Below, piece after piece: positions 19,518 to 29,727 of a stretch of DNA of 64,000 nt. The stretch comes from Acidobacteriota bacterium (GTDB lineage Bacteria > Acidobacteriota > UBA6911 > RPQK01 > JAJDTT01): contig CBDCJH010000002.1 in assembly GCA_965217775.1 (NCBI GenBank), positions 1,056,001 through 1,120,000 of the forward strand, written 5' to 3'. The notes beneath the pieces are model-generated. The model was not told where the DNA came from. It saw only the letters and a program-made list of their open reading frames with translations, and made no database searches. The position numbers were made by a program, and so were the translations under genes. How positions within the stretch are numbered: position 1 is the stretch's first letter; each line of letters opens with the position of its first letter.

Positions 19518-20057
19518 TCAGGGTTTCCCATCGCCAGCGGTGCCGTACAGCTCGAAACGAACTCGGATCGGGCCGCTGGGATGGTTCTCATGAAAAAGGG
19601 CCGAAACCGTTCCGGTCGGGTCCTCGCTGCGGTACAGGCGTAGCGTGGCATTCCAGAATCGCGGCGTTTCCAGGTATTGAGGCATGCCGGTCTTGCTCTT
19701 GTGGCGTTCAGCGTCGGTGCCGATGGGGATTGACGTGGGGTGCAGGTGCACCGTTCCCACCAGAGGCCACCCGGTGGGGGTGGTCCAATCGGTGGCGTCC
19801 ACGGGCACACCCCGGAGAGCGACCGGGCCGCCCGACGAGGAGAGGAAATGCAGCCGGATAGCCCCGTCCTCTGACCGGACCTCCAAGTCGAAGGGTCCCT
19901 TTTCCAGAAGGGTCCCCTCAGCGGTTCGAAGACTCACCGGCAGTCGGACCTTACCGGCAAAGGGGGCCGCGCTCTGGGGCAGGGGACCGGCGACCGTAGC
20001 GGACATCAGGCCCAGAAGAGCGAACGCCCGCCACGCCGTCTCAAGCCGAATGGCCAA
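19518..20057 (-). CDS. Hypothetical secreted protein
   Basis: Signal-like N-terminus, overlaps DUF1501 stop. Confidence 0.55.
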   Translation of the reverse strand: MAIRLETAWRAFALLGLMSATVAGPLPQSAAPFAGKVRLPVSLRTAEGTLLEKGPFDLEVRSEDGAIRLHFLSSSGGPVALRGVPVDATDWTTPTGWPLVGTVHLHPTSIPIGTDAERHKSKTGMPQYLETPRFWNATLRLYRSEDPTGTVSALFHENHPSGPIRVRFELYGTAGDGKP

Positions 20058-21513
20058 TGGACCTCCCCGTCAGCCTCCGATACAGGTTCTCGCCGGCCTC
20101 GCCGGCTTCGCCGACTCCACTGAGACGCCGGTCCAGGCCCTGGAAGAAATAGGTCAGCCTGCGGTGGTCCAGTCCCATCAGCCCCAGCATGGCGGCGTGG
20201 AGGTCGTTGACGTGCATCTTGTCCTGGGTGGCCACGAAACCCAGATCGTCGGTGGCGCCGATGGCCTGGCCTCCGCGAACACCGCCTCCCGCCATCCAGG
20301 CGCTGAAGCCGAAGGGATTGTGGTCGCGCCCCTCCTTGCCCTGCATGACCGGAGTCCGGCCGAATTCGCCCGTGGAAATGACCAGGGTGCTCTCCAGCAG
20401 TCCCCGCTGTTTGAGGTCTTCCAGCAGGCCGGCCATGGGCTGGTCCGTCTTCCACGAGTTCTTCATGTGGTTCTTGTCGCACTCGCCGTGAGCGTCCCAG
20501 CCGCCGCTGTAGAGATGGACGAAGCGGACGCCCCGCTCCACCATTCGCCGCGCCAGGAGGCACATGCGGCCGAACTTGCGGGTCTGATCCTGATCCAGGC
20601 CGTACATCCGCTTCACATGCTCCGGCTCCCCGGAGAGGTCGATGAGCTCGGGCGCCGCCATCTGCATGCGGAAAGCCAACTCGTAGTTCCGGATTCTGGC
20701 CTCCAGGCGGCTGTCTCCGGGCCGGGTCTGCAGATGCGTCTGGTTCCATCCCTCGATTCTCTCGAGCAGAGCCCGCTGCCGGTTCAGGTCCATCTGGGAA
20801 GGGGGCCGCAGGTTCTGGAAGGGCTGCCCCTCCGTATTGATGAGTGTCCCCTGGTAGATCGCCGGGAGGAAGCCGGTGCTGAAGTTGGAGGTGCTGGACC
20901 GAAAGATGCTGTCGGTCATCACGATGTAGGAGGGCAGGTTGTCCGTCTCGCTCCCCAGGCCGTACAGGATCCAGGAGCCCATGCTGGGACTTCCCAACTG
21001 GAGGCTCCCCGTGTGCAGGTAGGTGAGAGCCGGACCGTGGACGAACGACTCGTGGTGACAGGACCGGATGACGGCCATGTCGTCCGCGTGCTTCGCGAGT
21101 CCTTCGAAGAGATCCGAGATCTCGATGCCGGACCGCCCCCTCTTCTTGAAGGTCCGGCGGCTGGCCATGAGCTTGGACTCGTAGGGATTGATCTGGGCCA
21201 GTTCCAGGTCCGTCCGGTAGCTGGAGGGAAGAGGTTGGCCGTCGTAGCGCTCCAAAGCGGGCTTGGGGTCGAAGCTGTCCACCTGGCTCAAGCCGCCCTG
21301 CATGAAGAGAAAGATGACGCTCTTGGCCTGGGACGGAAAGTGGGGTTCTTTGGGAGCGAGAGGATAAACAGTCCGGTCGATGCCCGCAAGGAGCCGGCCC
21401 TCCTGTTCCAGAAGACCGCCCAGGGCCAGCGAGCCGAACCCGAAGGAGGAGGCTTTCAGAAAATCGCGCCGTGAACCGACCTGAACGGTGCCCTGGCAAG
21501 CGTTGGGAATCAA
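20041..21513 (-). CDS. DUF1501 domain protein (Tat signal)
   Basis: SRRDFLK; AKSVIFLFMQGGLSQVDSFDPKP; LARRMVERGVRFV; GEFGRTP. Confidence 0.92.
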   Translation of the reverse strand: MIPNACQGTVQVGSRRDFLKASSFGFGSLALGGLLEQEGRLLAGIDRTVYPLAPKEPHFPSQAKSVIFLFMQGGLSQVDSFDPKPALERYDGQPLPSSYRTDLELAQINPYESKLMASRRTFKKRGRSGIEISDLFEGLAKHADDMAVIRSCHHESFVHGPALTYLHTGSLQLGSPSMGSWILYGLGSETDNLPSYIVMTDSIFRSSTSNFSTGFLPAIYQGTLINTEGQPFQNLRPPSQMDLNRQRALLERIEGWNQTHLQTRPGDSRLEARIRNYELAFRMQMAAPELIDLSGEPEHVKRMYGLDQDQTRKFGRMCLLARRMVERGVRFVHLYSGGWDAHGECDKNHMKNSWKTDQPMAGLLEDLKQRGLLESTLVISTGEFGRTPVMQGKEGRDHNPFGFSAWMAGGGVRGGQAIGATDDLGFVATQDKMHVNDLHAAMLGLMGLDHRRLTYFFQGLDRRLSGVGEAGEAGENLYRRLTGRSIGHSA

Positions 21514-21573
21514 GTTCCTCTCCTTGAATCGATGTTCCTATTGAAGCCCTGCGGACACGGCACCGTCAAGACA

Positions 21574-21623
21574 GGAGGGGAGACATCTTGTCCCCCACTG
21601 GGAAGGGGGACATCCCTGTCCCC
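21574..21623. repeat. Two tandem REP-like imperfect palindromes
   Basis: GGAGGGGAGACATCTTGTCCCCC and GGAAGGGGGACATCCCTGTCCCC, 27-bp period. Confidence 0.5.
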
Positions 21624-21739
21624 TAACTCCCAAGATTCGCGCGTTGCAAAACCCCCGTTCCTATCCCGAACCGATCCCCGCCTTCGACGAGTCTCCGGGT
21701 CCGGCATTATCCAACTCCGAATCCACCAAGTATCAGGCA

Positions 21740-24397
21740 TCAGTCGACGAAGAGGAACTCATTGAGATTGAAGACGGCCAGACAGAGTTCCGTCAGTCCC
21801 TGGGCCTGACTCCGCTCGATGGTCTTCAGTTCGGGGGGAGTACCCTCCGGCAACTCCTCCCACTTCTCGCCCCCGGCGGATGCCAAGGTCTCAAGTGCGT
21901 CCCGGGTCTCCCGATCGGTGGGCGGCCGCCCCAGGGCGGTCCGCCAGGCCCGGTCCACCCATTGGCTCGGCTCGGAACCCCCTTCCCGGACCAGGCGCCC
22001 GGCGAAGGCCAGGGCCTGCCGGAATACGGCATCGTTGTTGAGGAGCCACAGGGACTGGGGCGCCACCGTGGTCACGGAGCGCTCGGGACAACTGACCGCC
22101 GGATCGGGAGTATCGAACTTCTCGAACATGGGGAAGACGAAGTTCCGCCGCGAGAGGATATAGATGCCTCTGCGGCTGTGCTCTGCCGGGTCCGCCGGCA
22201 CGGTCCACGCCCACTTGAGCCGGAAGCCGGCCAGTTCATCGTCCGACAGCGGCGGAACGAAAGGCCGGCCGTACATCTTTGAGTTCAGGGTGCCGGCCAC
22301 GGCATGGATGCTGTCCCACAAGACCTCGGCCTCGACCCGTCTCCGATTGGCCCGCCAGAGGTAGGCGTTGTCCGGGTCGGCGGCGGCGTTGTGAGGATCG
22401 TCGAAGCGGCTGGTGAGCCGGTAGGTCGAGGATTGGACGATCAGCCGGTGCATCGCCTTGAGGCTCCAGCCTTGGCGGACAAACTCGGTGGCCAGCCAGT
22501 CCAGCAGCTTCGGATGGGACGGGGATTGCCCCTGGAGGCCGAAATCGTTGGACGTGGACACGATCCCCCGCCCGAAATGCCATTGCCAGAGGCGATTCAC
22601 CATGACCCGCGCGGTCAGCGGATGGTCGGGACGGGTGAGCCACAGGGCCAGTTGCTTCCGGTACCGGGGGCCATGGCCTTCGTTGGTGTGGAAATCGACT
22701 CCGTCTGCCAGAATCCGGGGCAGTCCGGCCTCCACGAGCTTCCCGGGGCGGTCCAGATCGCCCCGCTCCAGGATCCGGGTCTCCGGGATCAACTCCCCCT
22801 GAATGTGACCCAGGACGGTGGCCGAAGGCGGGTCGTAGAATCCGTCCCATCGGACGGCGTGGGAGGCGTCCTTGACGGGGATCTCCAGCACCTTCTCGGC
22901 GATGGCCAGCAGCAGGCGGGTGCTTTCTTCCTTCTCCTCTTGCGTCAGGTGCTCCTTGAGCTTGAAGGTCGTTGGGCTGAAGAAGTCCGCCAAGGCCTCC
23001 TGAAGGGGCGCCGCCAGCCTCTTCTCCTCCTCCGAGCGTTCCCCCTCCCGCTTCTCGTAGGCTCGGCGCACCTCTGCCGGGAAACGGGCTTTCCGTTCCT
23101 CGGTCAAACGCTGCCGGACCTTGGCCTCGAACATCCCGTGGGCCCGGCGCCGTTCGTCCAAGGCGATGGTCCGGGGGTAGTACTCGTTCCGGTGGAACAT
23201 GCTCATGGCCGTGATCACCGGAAGCGTCACCGGATGGGAGGGGGCGAAGATGGCCTGCACCCGGAAATAGTCTTCCTGGCTGATGGGATCGAACTTGTGG
23301 TCGTGGCAGCGGGCGCAGGCCAGGGTCAGACCCATGAAGGCCGCTCCCGTCATGTCGATCCAATCGGTCAGACGTTCGTAGCGGAGCTTGGGGGCGTCCA
23401 GGGTGGACTCGCCGATGGAGGGTCCAAACCCGTATAGGCTGGTGCCCACGCGGGCTTCCAGGTGAGCCACCTTTGCGGGCCGAATGGCGTAGCTGGTGTC
23501 GTAGAGGTCCAGGTTGTCGGGCCACAGCTCGTCGGCCGCGACCTGTTCCTGGATGAAGCGGTCATACGGTTTGTCTTCGTTGAACGACTTGATCACGTAG
23601 TCCCGGTAGCGCCAGGCGTTGGGATAATACTCGTCCGTCTCGAACCCGCCGCTATCGGCGTAGCGCACCACGTCGAGCCAATGCCGGGCCCAGCGCTCGC
23701 CATAGGCGGGCGACTCCAGCAACTGGTCCACGAGCTTCTCGAACGCCTTGGGGGACTCGTCCCGGAGGAAGGACTCCACTTGATCCGGCGAGGGCGGCAG
23801 TCCGATCAGGTCGATGTAGACTCTGCGGACCAACTCCGGCCGGCTCGCTTCGGGAGCCGGTTTCAGCCCCTGGGCATGGAGCCGGGCCAGCACGAAGTTG
23901 TCGATGGGATTGCGAATCCGTCGGGTCGCTTCGAGGACTTGGGGAGACTCGGGACGAACCGGTGCGCGAAAGGACCACCAAGTGGGGCCGCCGGCTTCCG
24001 TAGCGGCAGAGTCGGGCCAGGATGCCCCGGCCTCGATCCAGGCCTTGAGGGTTTCCAGGTCCTGCTCGGGAAGCCGTTTCTCTCCCGGGGGCATCTCCAG
24101 ATCGCCTATGTGGGCGACGGCCTGGTAGAGCAGGCTGAAGTCGGGCCGGCCCGGCTCCACTGCCGGACCACGGTTGCCGCCACGCAACATACCCTCCCGG
24201 GACCTGAGATCCAGGCCCGAGGCGCGGATGGAGCCGTGGCAGCTCAGGCACTCGTGCTTGAGGATCTCCGAGGCCCGATCGGCGCGGCTCGACCCGGAAG
24301 GCGCCGGCCAGCCCGTCGCCCCGCTGAGGACGGCGACGGCGAGGACCACCCGAAGACAGCGTGCCTGCATGGCGGGGGTGGGCTGCGAAATGTTCAC
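21740..24397 (-). CDS. Planctomycete cytochrome c + DUF1549 + DUF1553 (PSD1) protein
   Basis: CLSCH, YGERWARHWLDVVRYADS, CARCHDHKFDPI, TARVMVNRLWQWHFGRG. Confidence 0.92.
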   Translation of the reverse strand: MNISQPTPAMQARCLRVVLAVAVLSGATGWPAPSGSSRADRASEILKHECLSCHGSIRASGLDLRSREGMLRGGNRGPAVEPGRPDFSLLYQAVAHIGDLEMPPGEKRLPEQDLETLKAWIEAGASWPDSAATEAGGPTWWSFRAPVRPESPQVLEATRRIRNPIDNFVLARLHAQGLKPAPEASRPELVRRVYIDLIGLPPSPDQVESFLRDESPKAFEKLVDQLLESPAYGERWARHWLDVVRYADSGGFETDEYYPNAWRYRDYVIKSFNEDKPYDRFIQEQVAADELWPDNLDLYDTSYAIRPAKVAHLEARVGTSLYGFGPSIGESTLDAPKLRYERLTDWIDMTGAAFMGLTLACARCHDHKFDPISQEDYFRVQAIFAPSHPVTLPVITAMSMFHRNEYYPRTIALDERRRAHGMFEAKVRQRLTEERKARFPAEVRRAYEKREGERSEEEKRLAAPLQEALADFFSPTTFKLKEHLTQEEKEESTRLLLAIAEKVLEIPVKDASHAVRWDGFYDPPSATVLGHIQGELIPETRILERGDLDRPGKLVEAGLPRILADGVDFHTNEGHGPRYRKQLALWLTRPDHPLTARVMVNRLWQWHFGRGIVSTSNDFGLQGQSPSHPKLLDWLATEFVRQGWSLKAMHRLIVQSSTYRLTSRFDDPHNAAADPDNAYLWRANRRRVEAEVLWDSIHAVAGTLNSKMYGRPFVPPLSDDELAGFRLKWAWTVPADPAEHSRRGIYILSRRNFVFPMFEKFDTPDPAVSCPERSVTTVAPQSLWLLNNDAVFRQALAFAGRLVREGGSEPSQWVDRAWRTALGRPPTDRETRDALETLASAGGEKWEELPEGTPPELKTIERSQAQGLTELCLAVFNLNEFLFVD

Positions 24398-24448
24398 GGC
24401 GCGATCCGATCGATTAGCTTCGATCTTAGCAGCCGTCGGCGACTCTTG

Positions 24449-26632
24449 TCATGGACGTGCGGCGTTGGAATCGCCACCCGCTTCGGCTGCGCCGCCGCGG
24501 CCCGGACCGGATTTCCGGGACCATTCCAGCCGCTCCCGGTAGATTCTCTCCGCTTCGGCCAGTTGTCCCAGAACCTCCCGTTGCTGGTGCAGGCTCTCGA
24601 AGGAGCCGCCGGCGAGAGAGGTCTGGCGCATCTCGTCGAACCTCTCCAGGAAGAACTGCAGGGCTTCGGGGTCGGCGTAGGGCCGTCCGCCCACGGTGAC
24701 GTAGACCGGAGTGGTGTGGGCAAAGAGATCGGGATTGTTGACCACCAATGGATGCTCTCCGCCGCGGACCCGAGCGGCCATCCAACCGCTGGACGGAACC
24801 CGGATGGTCCCCCGGTGAATCAAACGGGTCTCGTCCTGTAGCGGGATCTCCTGCAGGACCTCGCTGTTGAACAGAATCTCCACCTTCTCCATGGGAACCT
24901 GGGAATGCGCCTCCAACTCCAGCTCCACCGGTCCGGGCTCGTCCAGGGCGATCTCGCTTCCGGGAAGGCGGCCCTGGACCCGGAAGTAGAGGAGAGGTCC
25001 GTTGCTGACGAAGGTCTTCCCCTGCTGCAGGGCCCGAACCCAGGACTCGTACGACAGACTGTCCCCGGTGTAGGCGTAGACTCGATCGCCTCCCAGGACC
25101 TTGTGGCGGCGGACGTTGTTGAAGGTGTCGGTTCCGGCAACCGCGCTCAGGCGCCATCCGCAATCCAGCAGCAGGCGGTAGAGAGCGTTGGAACCCTCGG
25201 TGCTGGACAGGCCCAGGATCTCCATGCCGTCGACGGTTCCCAGGGCGGCGTCCACGGGGATCCAGCGTTGCCGGCCCAGAGAGGGGTGGACGTAGAAGAC
25301 GGCGGCTCCTTCCTTGCGGACCTCCCGGACGGCGGTGGTGTTGGACGGGTAGTCGAAGGGAAAGAAACTGGCGGGGAATCCGTTGTAGGGGGGCTCCAGA
25401 AAACGCTTCAGGTTCAGGACGCCGATGTGTCCGTAGAGAGCGGGGCGGATCTCCTGGCTCCAGTAGAGGATATGCCGCGGCGTGCTCAGGGGATGGGGAG
25501 CGCCGGTGAAGTGCTGCCGGTCGTAAAGGACCGCCCCCTGCGAGTTGCAGACCAGGAGGTTGGCCACGTTCAAGTCCTCGGCCTCCACCTGGAGGCGGAC
25601 GTCGGCGGGGTTGACGACCTGGTCCATGGTCTTGTGGACCAGGTTGGGATGGATGTGGATGTCTCCCGAGTACCAGCCGCGGGAGGCCGCGTCGTGGAAG
25701 CGCTCCAATCGAAACTCCAGCGAGTTGGGGCCGGAAGGCTGCAGGTCGACGACCCGTTCCTGGAAGCGGTGCTCGAATCCGCGGACCACGCGGATTCGCG
25801 TCTTGCCTGCCGGGAGGACCAGGCTGCTGGTTCCCCGCGTGTGAAAGTAGGCGCCCGCCCGGATCGGCGTATAGCGGAGATAAGTGCCCGAAGGGGCCCG
25901 CCCCAGGCCGTCGGACCCGACCACTTCTACCCGCGCGGGGACCATCCGGCCGTTCTCATCCAGAACCCGTATCTGGAGACGGCAGGAGGGGTTCCAAGCC
26001 AGGGGAAGACTCACCCGGCGAATCCGGCCGTTGGTCCCGACCTGCAGGTCCAGATTCCTACTGCCCTCTCCCCAGACCCGGGCGATGACGGCATGGACTT
26101 CCTGAGGGGCCAAGCGGACTTGTCGAGGCCGGAAATACAGCGGACCCTCCGCCGGTTCCAGACTCACATTCTGGGAACGGCGGGACAGGTTCCGAAGCAG
26201 GACCAACACCCGGTTCTCCAATCCCCGGGTGAACTCCAGCCGGGATGGACGGACCTGGACCACCGGCGGGGCGACCTCGATCTTGAGCAGCTCAGGGGAG
26301 GAGAGGTTCCAGAGGGAGACGCTGATCTGGGACCTCACAACCGGAGCCGGTAGGACAGTGCGGTCACCGTAGACGTTCCTCTGGAGCAAGGTGAGAGGAC
26401 GGACCTGGCCGTAGACGCTGAAGGCCGCCTCCCGATTCACCCGTTGGTTCAGGAGCAGTGCCGAGAAGAACTCGATGAAGTGCCGGTGACGGGGGTCCCG
26501 AATCTGCAGGCCGTCGAGGGTGTCTTCGGTCAGGCCGTAGGGATTGAAGATCGGCTCCCCCGACTGGCCGGGAAGGCTGGTCGACAGTAGGATCGCCAGA
26601 ACGGGGACGAGCCCCCACGATACTCGATTCAA
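24449..26632 (-). CDS. CehA/McbA family (PHP-like) metallohydrolase
   Basis: GWYSGDIHIH, YGHIG, AGTD, FVSNGPLL, AHTTPVYV. Confidence 0.8.
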   Translation of the reverse strand: MNRVSWGLVPVLAILLSTSLPGQSGEPIFNPYGLTEDTLDGLQIRDPRHRHFIEFFSALLLNQRVNREAAFSVYGQVRPLTLLQRNVYGDRTVLPAPVVRSQISVSLWNLSSPELLKIEVAPPVVQVRPSRLEFTRGLENRVLVLLRNLSRRSQNVSLEPAEGPLYFRPRQVRLAPQEVHAVIARVWGEGSRNLDLQVGTNGRIRRVSLPLAWNPSCRLQIRVLDENGRMVPARVEVVGSDGLGRAPSGTYLRYTPIRAGAYFHTRGTSSLVLPAGKTRIRVVRGFEHRFQERVVDLQPSGPNSLEFRLERFHDAASRGWYSGDIHIHPNLVHKTMDQVVNPADVRLQVEAEDLNVANLLVCNSQGAVLYDRQHFTGAPHPLSTPRHILYWSQEIRPALYGHIGVLNLKRFLEPPYNGFPASFFPFDYPSNTTAVREVRKEGAAVFYVHPSLGRQRWIPVDAALGTVDGMEILGLSSTEGSNALYRLLLDCGWRLSAVAGTDTFNNVRRHKVLGGDRVYAYTGDSLSYESWVRALQQGKTFVSNGPLLYFRVQGRLPGSEIALDEPGPVELELEAHSQVPMEKVEILFNSEVLQEIPLQDETRLIHRGTIRVPSSGWMAARVRGGEHPLVVNNPDLFAHTTPVYVTVGGRPYADPEALQFFLERFDEMRQTSLAGGSFESLHQQREVLGQLAEAERIYRERLEWSRKSGPGRGGAAEAGGDSNAARP

Positions 26633-26678
26633 GCGTTTCTCCTCCTTAACGGGAGCTTCAACGGGAGCTGTGACGCCG

Positions 26679-28472
26679 TCATTCGGGGAAATAGCTCAGG
26701 TCCCACTCTCCCAGCTTCCACAATGGACTGGAAGTCGATTGGGGTTCGGGCCGGCCCGCCATGATCCAGGCGGCAATCTCCTCATGGTGTCCCAGACGGG
26801 CCAGCGTCTCGGAGGCCTGGCCGCCGGCGATGGCGGTGTCCCAGAAGGCCAGGTGCTCGACTCCCAGGGAGTAGAGCTGGCCGGCCTTGTTCCGGTACTG
26901 GGTGGCGTCCAGGTTTCGGGGCAGCACATTGAGCGCCAGACGGCAATTTCCCGCGCGGGCCAGGCGAACCCAATAGCTGACGTCGGCGGGGTCTTCCCAG
27001 GCGGTCTGAAAGCTGAACAGGCTCCGGGCCGAGGTGTAGGGGACCAGCGTGTCCACCAGACCCTCCTGAACCCACCGCTCGACGTCAATCCCGTAAAGCA
27101 GATTCTCCTCGCGGGAGCCGAACAGCCAGGCGGTGACCGGGAGGGGCGCGGACGCGTCCTGTTCCTGGGCGGCCTCCGCCAGTTCGGCCTGCAGGTCCTC
27201 CATGAAACCGGTGAGGACCCCGCTCTTGTAGGCCAGCCAGCGGGGGTCCGTTTCGGGCAGGCGCCGGGGGTCCACTCCGAACTCCGCCTGGAACCCCTCC
27301 ACCAGCGGCCTTTCGTACTCCAGGAAGGGGGGCTGCCGGTTGTAGAGAATGGCGATGCCGTCGATGGGATAGCCGGTCATCTCCCGGATCAATGAGAGGA
27401 CGTAGCGGCGAGTTTCGGGAAAGGCATACGACAACCCGAGCGAGGGCTGGCCGTCGCGGCCCACGCAACGGAGCTCGGGGCGCTGGTCGTAGAGTCCGCC
27501 GCGATTGAATTCGTCGAAGGGCGGAGGCCAGTAGAAGGGCCGCCAGCCGATTCGGTAACAGGCGTGGAACTCCATCCCCAGTTCGTGAGCGAAGTCGGCG
27601 GCGACGCGAAAGGGATCGATTCCGCGTTCGACGTAGTCGTCCCAGGCTTCCCGGGCCAGACGGTCGTAGCGCCTGGGGGGATCCTGGGTCCGGATGCCCC
27701 GGTGGTCCCAGACCCGCCCGATGCGGGTCAGGTAGTTGCAGATGTCCCCGTGGGCGCCGTCCCAGTAGATGCGTCCGAAATCGGTGTGCCGGTAAGGTTC
27801 CAGTTGGGCCTGAATGGCCGTCTCTTGGGACCGGCCTCCCGGCATTCGGTATCCCCGGTCGCCGTCGAACCAGGAGTCGTTGTAGGCGAACAACCGGCGA
27901 TGGGTGGGGTCGGACCGATCCTGTTCCAGGTCTCGGACCTCTTCGTCGGTGAGAGGGACCAGCTTGATGTAGGCGAGCCAGACCTTGCCGCTGATGTTGC
28001 CGAAGGCCTGTTCGTCGGGCACCGCCCGCTGGCACGGTTGCCGGAACGCCAGGGTCTGGTCCGAAAGGTCGGCTGTCTTCCAGAAGACGTCCTGGATTCT
28101 GGGGCCCTGTTTCTGATCATTGTCCGGGACGCCCCAGGGGCGTTCGCTGGGGACGGGAAGATAGATGAGCGAGAACGCCGGATCTCCGCTGAGCCGGGCG
28201 AAGACCCGTTGAGCCTCATAGGGCCGCCACGCATTGTTGAAGAGGCCGATATGGACGTCATGCCACCCCTGGACCTCGAGCGGGTAGGTGATCTCCGCCG
28301 CCTCGGTCTCCTCGCCGGCGAAGAGGAGCGTTCCCACGGCGGTATCGGTCTCGAATTCCAGCATTCGCCAAGCAAACCGGCGGGCCGTGCGGCTGAGGGC
28401 GGTCGCCGGCTGGCAGCGGTCCAGATCGGCCAGGTAGACGGGATCGTTCTGCCTCCGGAATCGATTGAGCAT
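26679..28472 (-). CDS. TIM-barrel glycoside hydrolase-like protein (GHL10-like)
   Basis: AHELGMEFHACYR, LSYAFPETRRY, YPIDGI; ATG 28472 with GGAG RBS. Confidence 0.6.
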   Translation of the reverse strand: MLNRFRRQNDPVYLADLDRCQPATALSRTARRFAWRMLEFETDTAVGTLLFAGEETEAAEITYPLEVQGWHDVHIGLFNNAWRPYEAQRVFARLSGDPAFSLIYLPVPSERPWGVPDNDQKQGPRIQDVFWKTADLSDQTLAFRQPCQRAVPDEQAFGNISGKVWLAYIKLVPLTDEEVRDLEQDRSDPTHRRLFAYNDSWFDGDRGYRMPGGRSQETAIQAQLEPYRHTDFGRIYWDGAHGDICNYLTRIGRVWDHRGIRTQDPPRRYDRLAREAWDDYVERGIDPFRVAADFAHELGMEFHACYRIGWRPFYWPPPFDEFNRGGLYDQRPELRCVGRDGQPSLGLSYAFPETRRYVLSLIREMTGYPIDGIAILYNRQPPFLEYERPLVEGFQAEFGVDPRRLPETDPRWLAYKSGVLTGFMEDLQAELAEAAQEQDASAPLPVTAWLFGSREENLLYGIDVERWVQEGLVDTLVPYTSARSLFSFQTAWEDPADVSYWVRLARAGNCRLALNVLPRNLDATQYRNKAGQLYSLGVEHLAFWDTAIAGGQASETLARLGHHEEIAAWIMAGRPEPQSTSSPLWKLGEWDLSYFPE

Positions 28473-28734
28473 CGCAACGGCTCCAGGAGGCGCCTGCGCC
28501 GGTCTCGGGGGCTCCTCCTTGGGAGGGGGATTGTATCCAGCCTCAATCGGGGGGATCAAGCGGTTTGTTTATCGACCATTCGGAACTTTCGGAGGACCAT
28601 GGTGGATTATTGCGTGGGAATACGGGGGCGGCTCTTATTGTCGTTGCGGGTCCTGCAGAAACTGCGGAAACCCATAGCCAATATTGTGGCCGAGCCATTT
28701 GCACCGTTTGAGCAAGACGCGACTCCACCCATTT

Positions 28735-29727
28735 TCACTTCCTCCATTTTGTCAAGTAGTATGAAATAAGAATAACTAAAAAACCAACTATCACTGCAAT
28801 TAAAGGGATCGTTGCTTTCCCCAACGTCGTTCCTTGAAGATATGTCATGCCTCCGTACATCATCGTCAGCGCGCCGACTATCCCGCCTGCTATTCTGATA
28901 AACTTTCGCTCGAACAAAGATTCTACAGTGTCCAAGAGACTCTTTCGGGTGTCCTCCAGTTTTTCAGAGAGCCGTTCTGTTTCGGCCGCAAACGTCTCTG
29001 CTAGTGTATCCGTTGTACGTTGGAAGCCATCTCGCATCATTCGTACGTCAGTCGATACAACCTCAAATTTGCCGTGAAGATTAGTTAGTTCGGTTCCTAT
29101 ATGGTCGAAAGGATAGCCCGCCTCACGCAGTTGCTTCTTCGGATCGAGGTTTTCGAAGGTAGACGAAACGATCTGGGTTTTTGGTATGTTTGCAGGGATC
29201 GTGCGCGCCGACCGAACAATTCCTTCACTATCCTGGTAGCTGTCCTTTGGGCGATCGCCGTACCCGGTTTCCGGGCTCTCGGTTTCGTCCAAGGCGAATA
29301 TTGTCAACTTGAAAATCGGCTCTCCATACTGGAGTATAAGATTCTTCGTAGAACCATTTCGCAACCCCCAATTAAGCATACCTCGAAATCCCGCATCGAT
29401 CTTTGTAGCTGCTTGCGAAATGCCTTCCCGCATCATTGTGGTGGTCGGAGTAATAAACGCCATTAAGGTGCAACCAGGAAAAAGCTCCTGGATTTTGGAT
29501 GAACGAAAATTGATTTGTTCAATGCTGGAAATGGAAATACTTTCTCCAGGATTGACTTTCAGGAATTGTCCGGCAGCAAGTTCTCGTTCTTCGTCGGTGG
29601 AGTGAAATAAAACGTGCTTTCCAAGACGCAATTCAATTCCATTTGGATTTATAAGTTCAGGATCGGCATGTTTGATCACTGAACCGAGTAGGCGATTGAT
29701 GTCTCTATCAGGAAGAATGGTAGCCAC
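28735..29727 (-). CDS. Degenerate dCTP deaminase/dUTPase-fold protein with coiled coil and two C-terminal TM helices
   Basis: ILPDRDI, NPNGIELRLG, KIDAGFRG, GEPIFKL; hydrophobic C-terminal pair; visibly AT-richer than flanks. Confidence 0.7.
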   Translation of the reverse strand: MATILPDRDINRLLGSVIKHADPELINPNGIELRLGKHVLFHSTDEERELAAGQFLKVNPGESISISSIEQINFRSSKIQELFPGCTLMAFITPTTTMMREGISQAATKIDAGFRGMLNWGLRNGSTKNLILQYGEPIFKLTIFALDETESPETGYGDRPKDSYQDSEGIVRSARTIPANIPKTQIVSSTFENLDPKKQLREAGYPFDHIGTELTNLHGKFEVVSTDVRMMRDGFQRTTDTLAETFAAETERLSEKLEDTRKSLLDTVESLFERKFIRIAGGIVGALTMMYGGMTYLQGTTLGKATIPLIAVIVGFLVILISYYLTKWRK

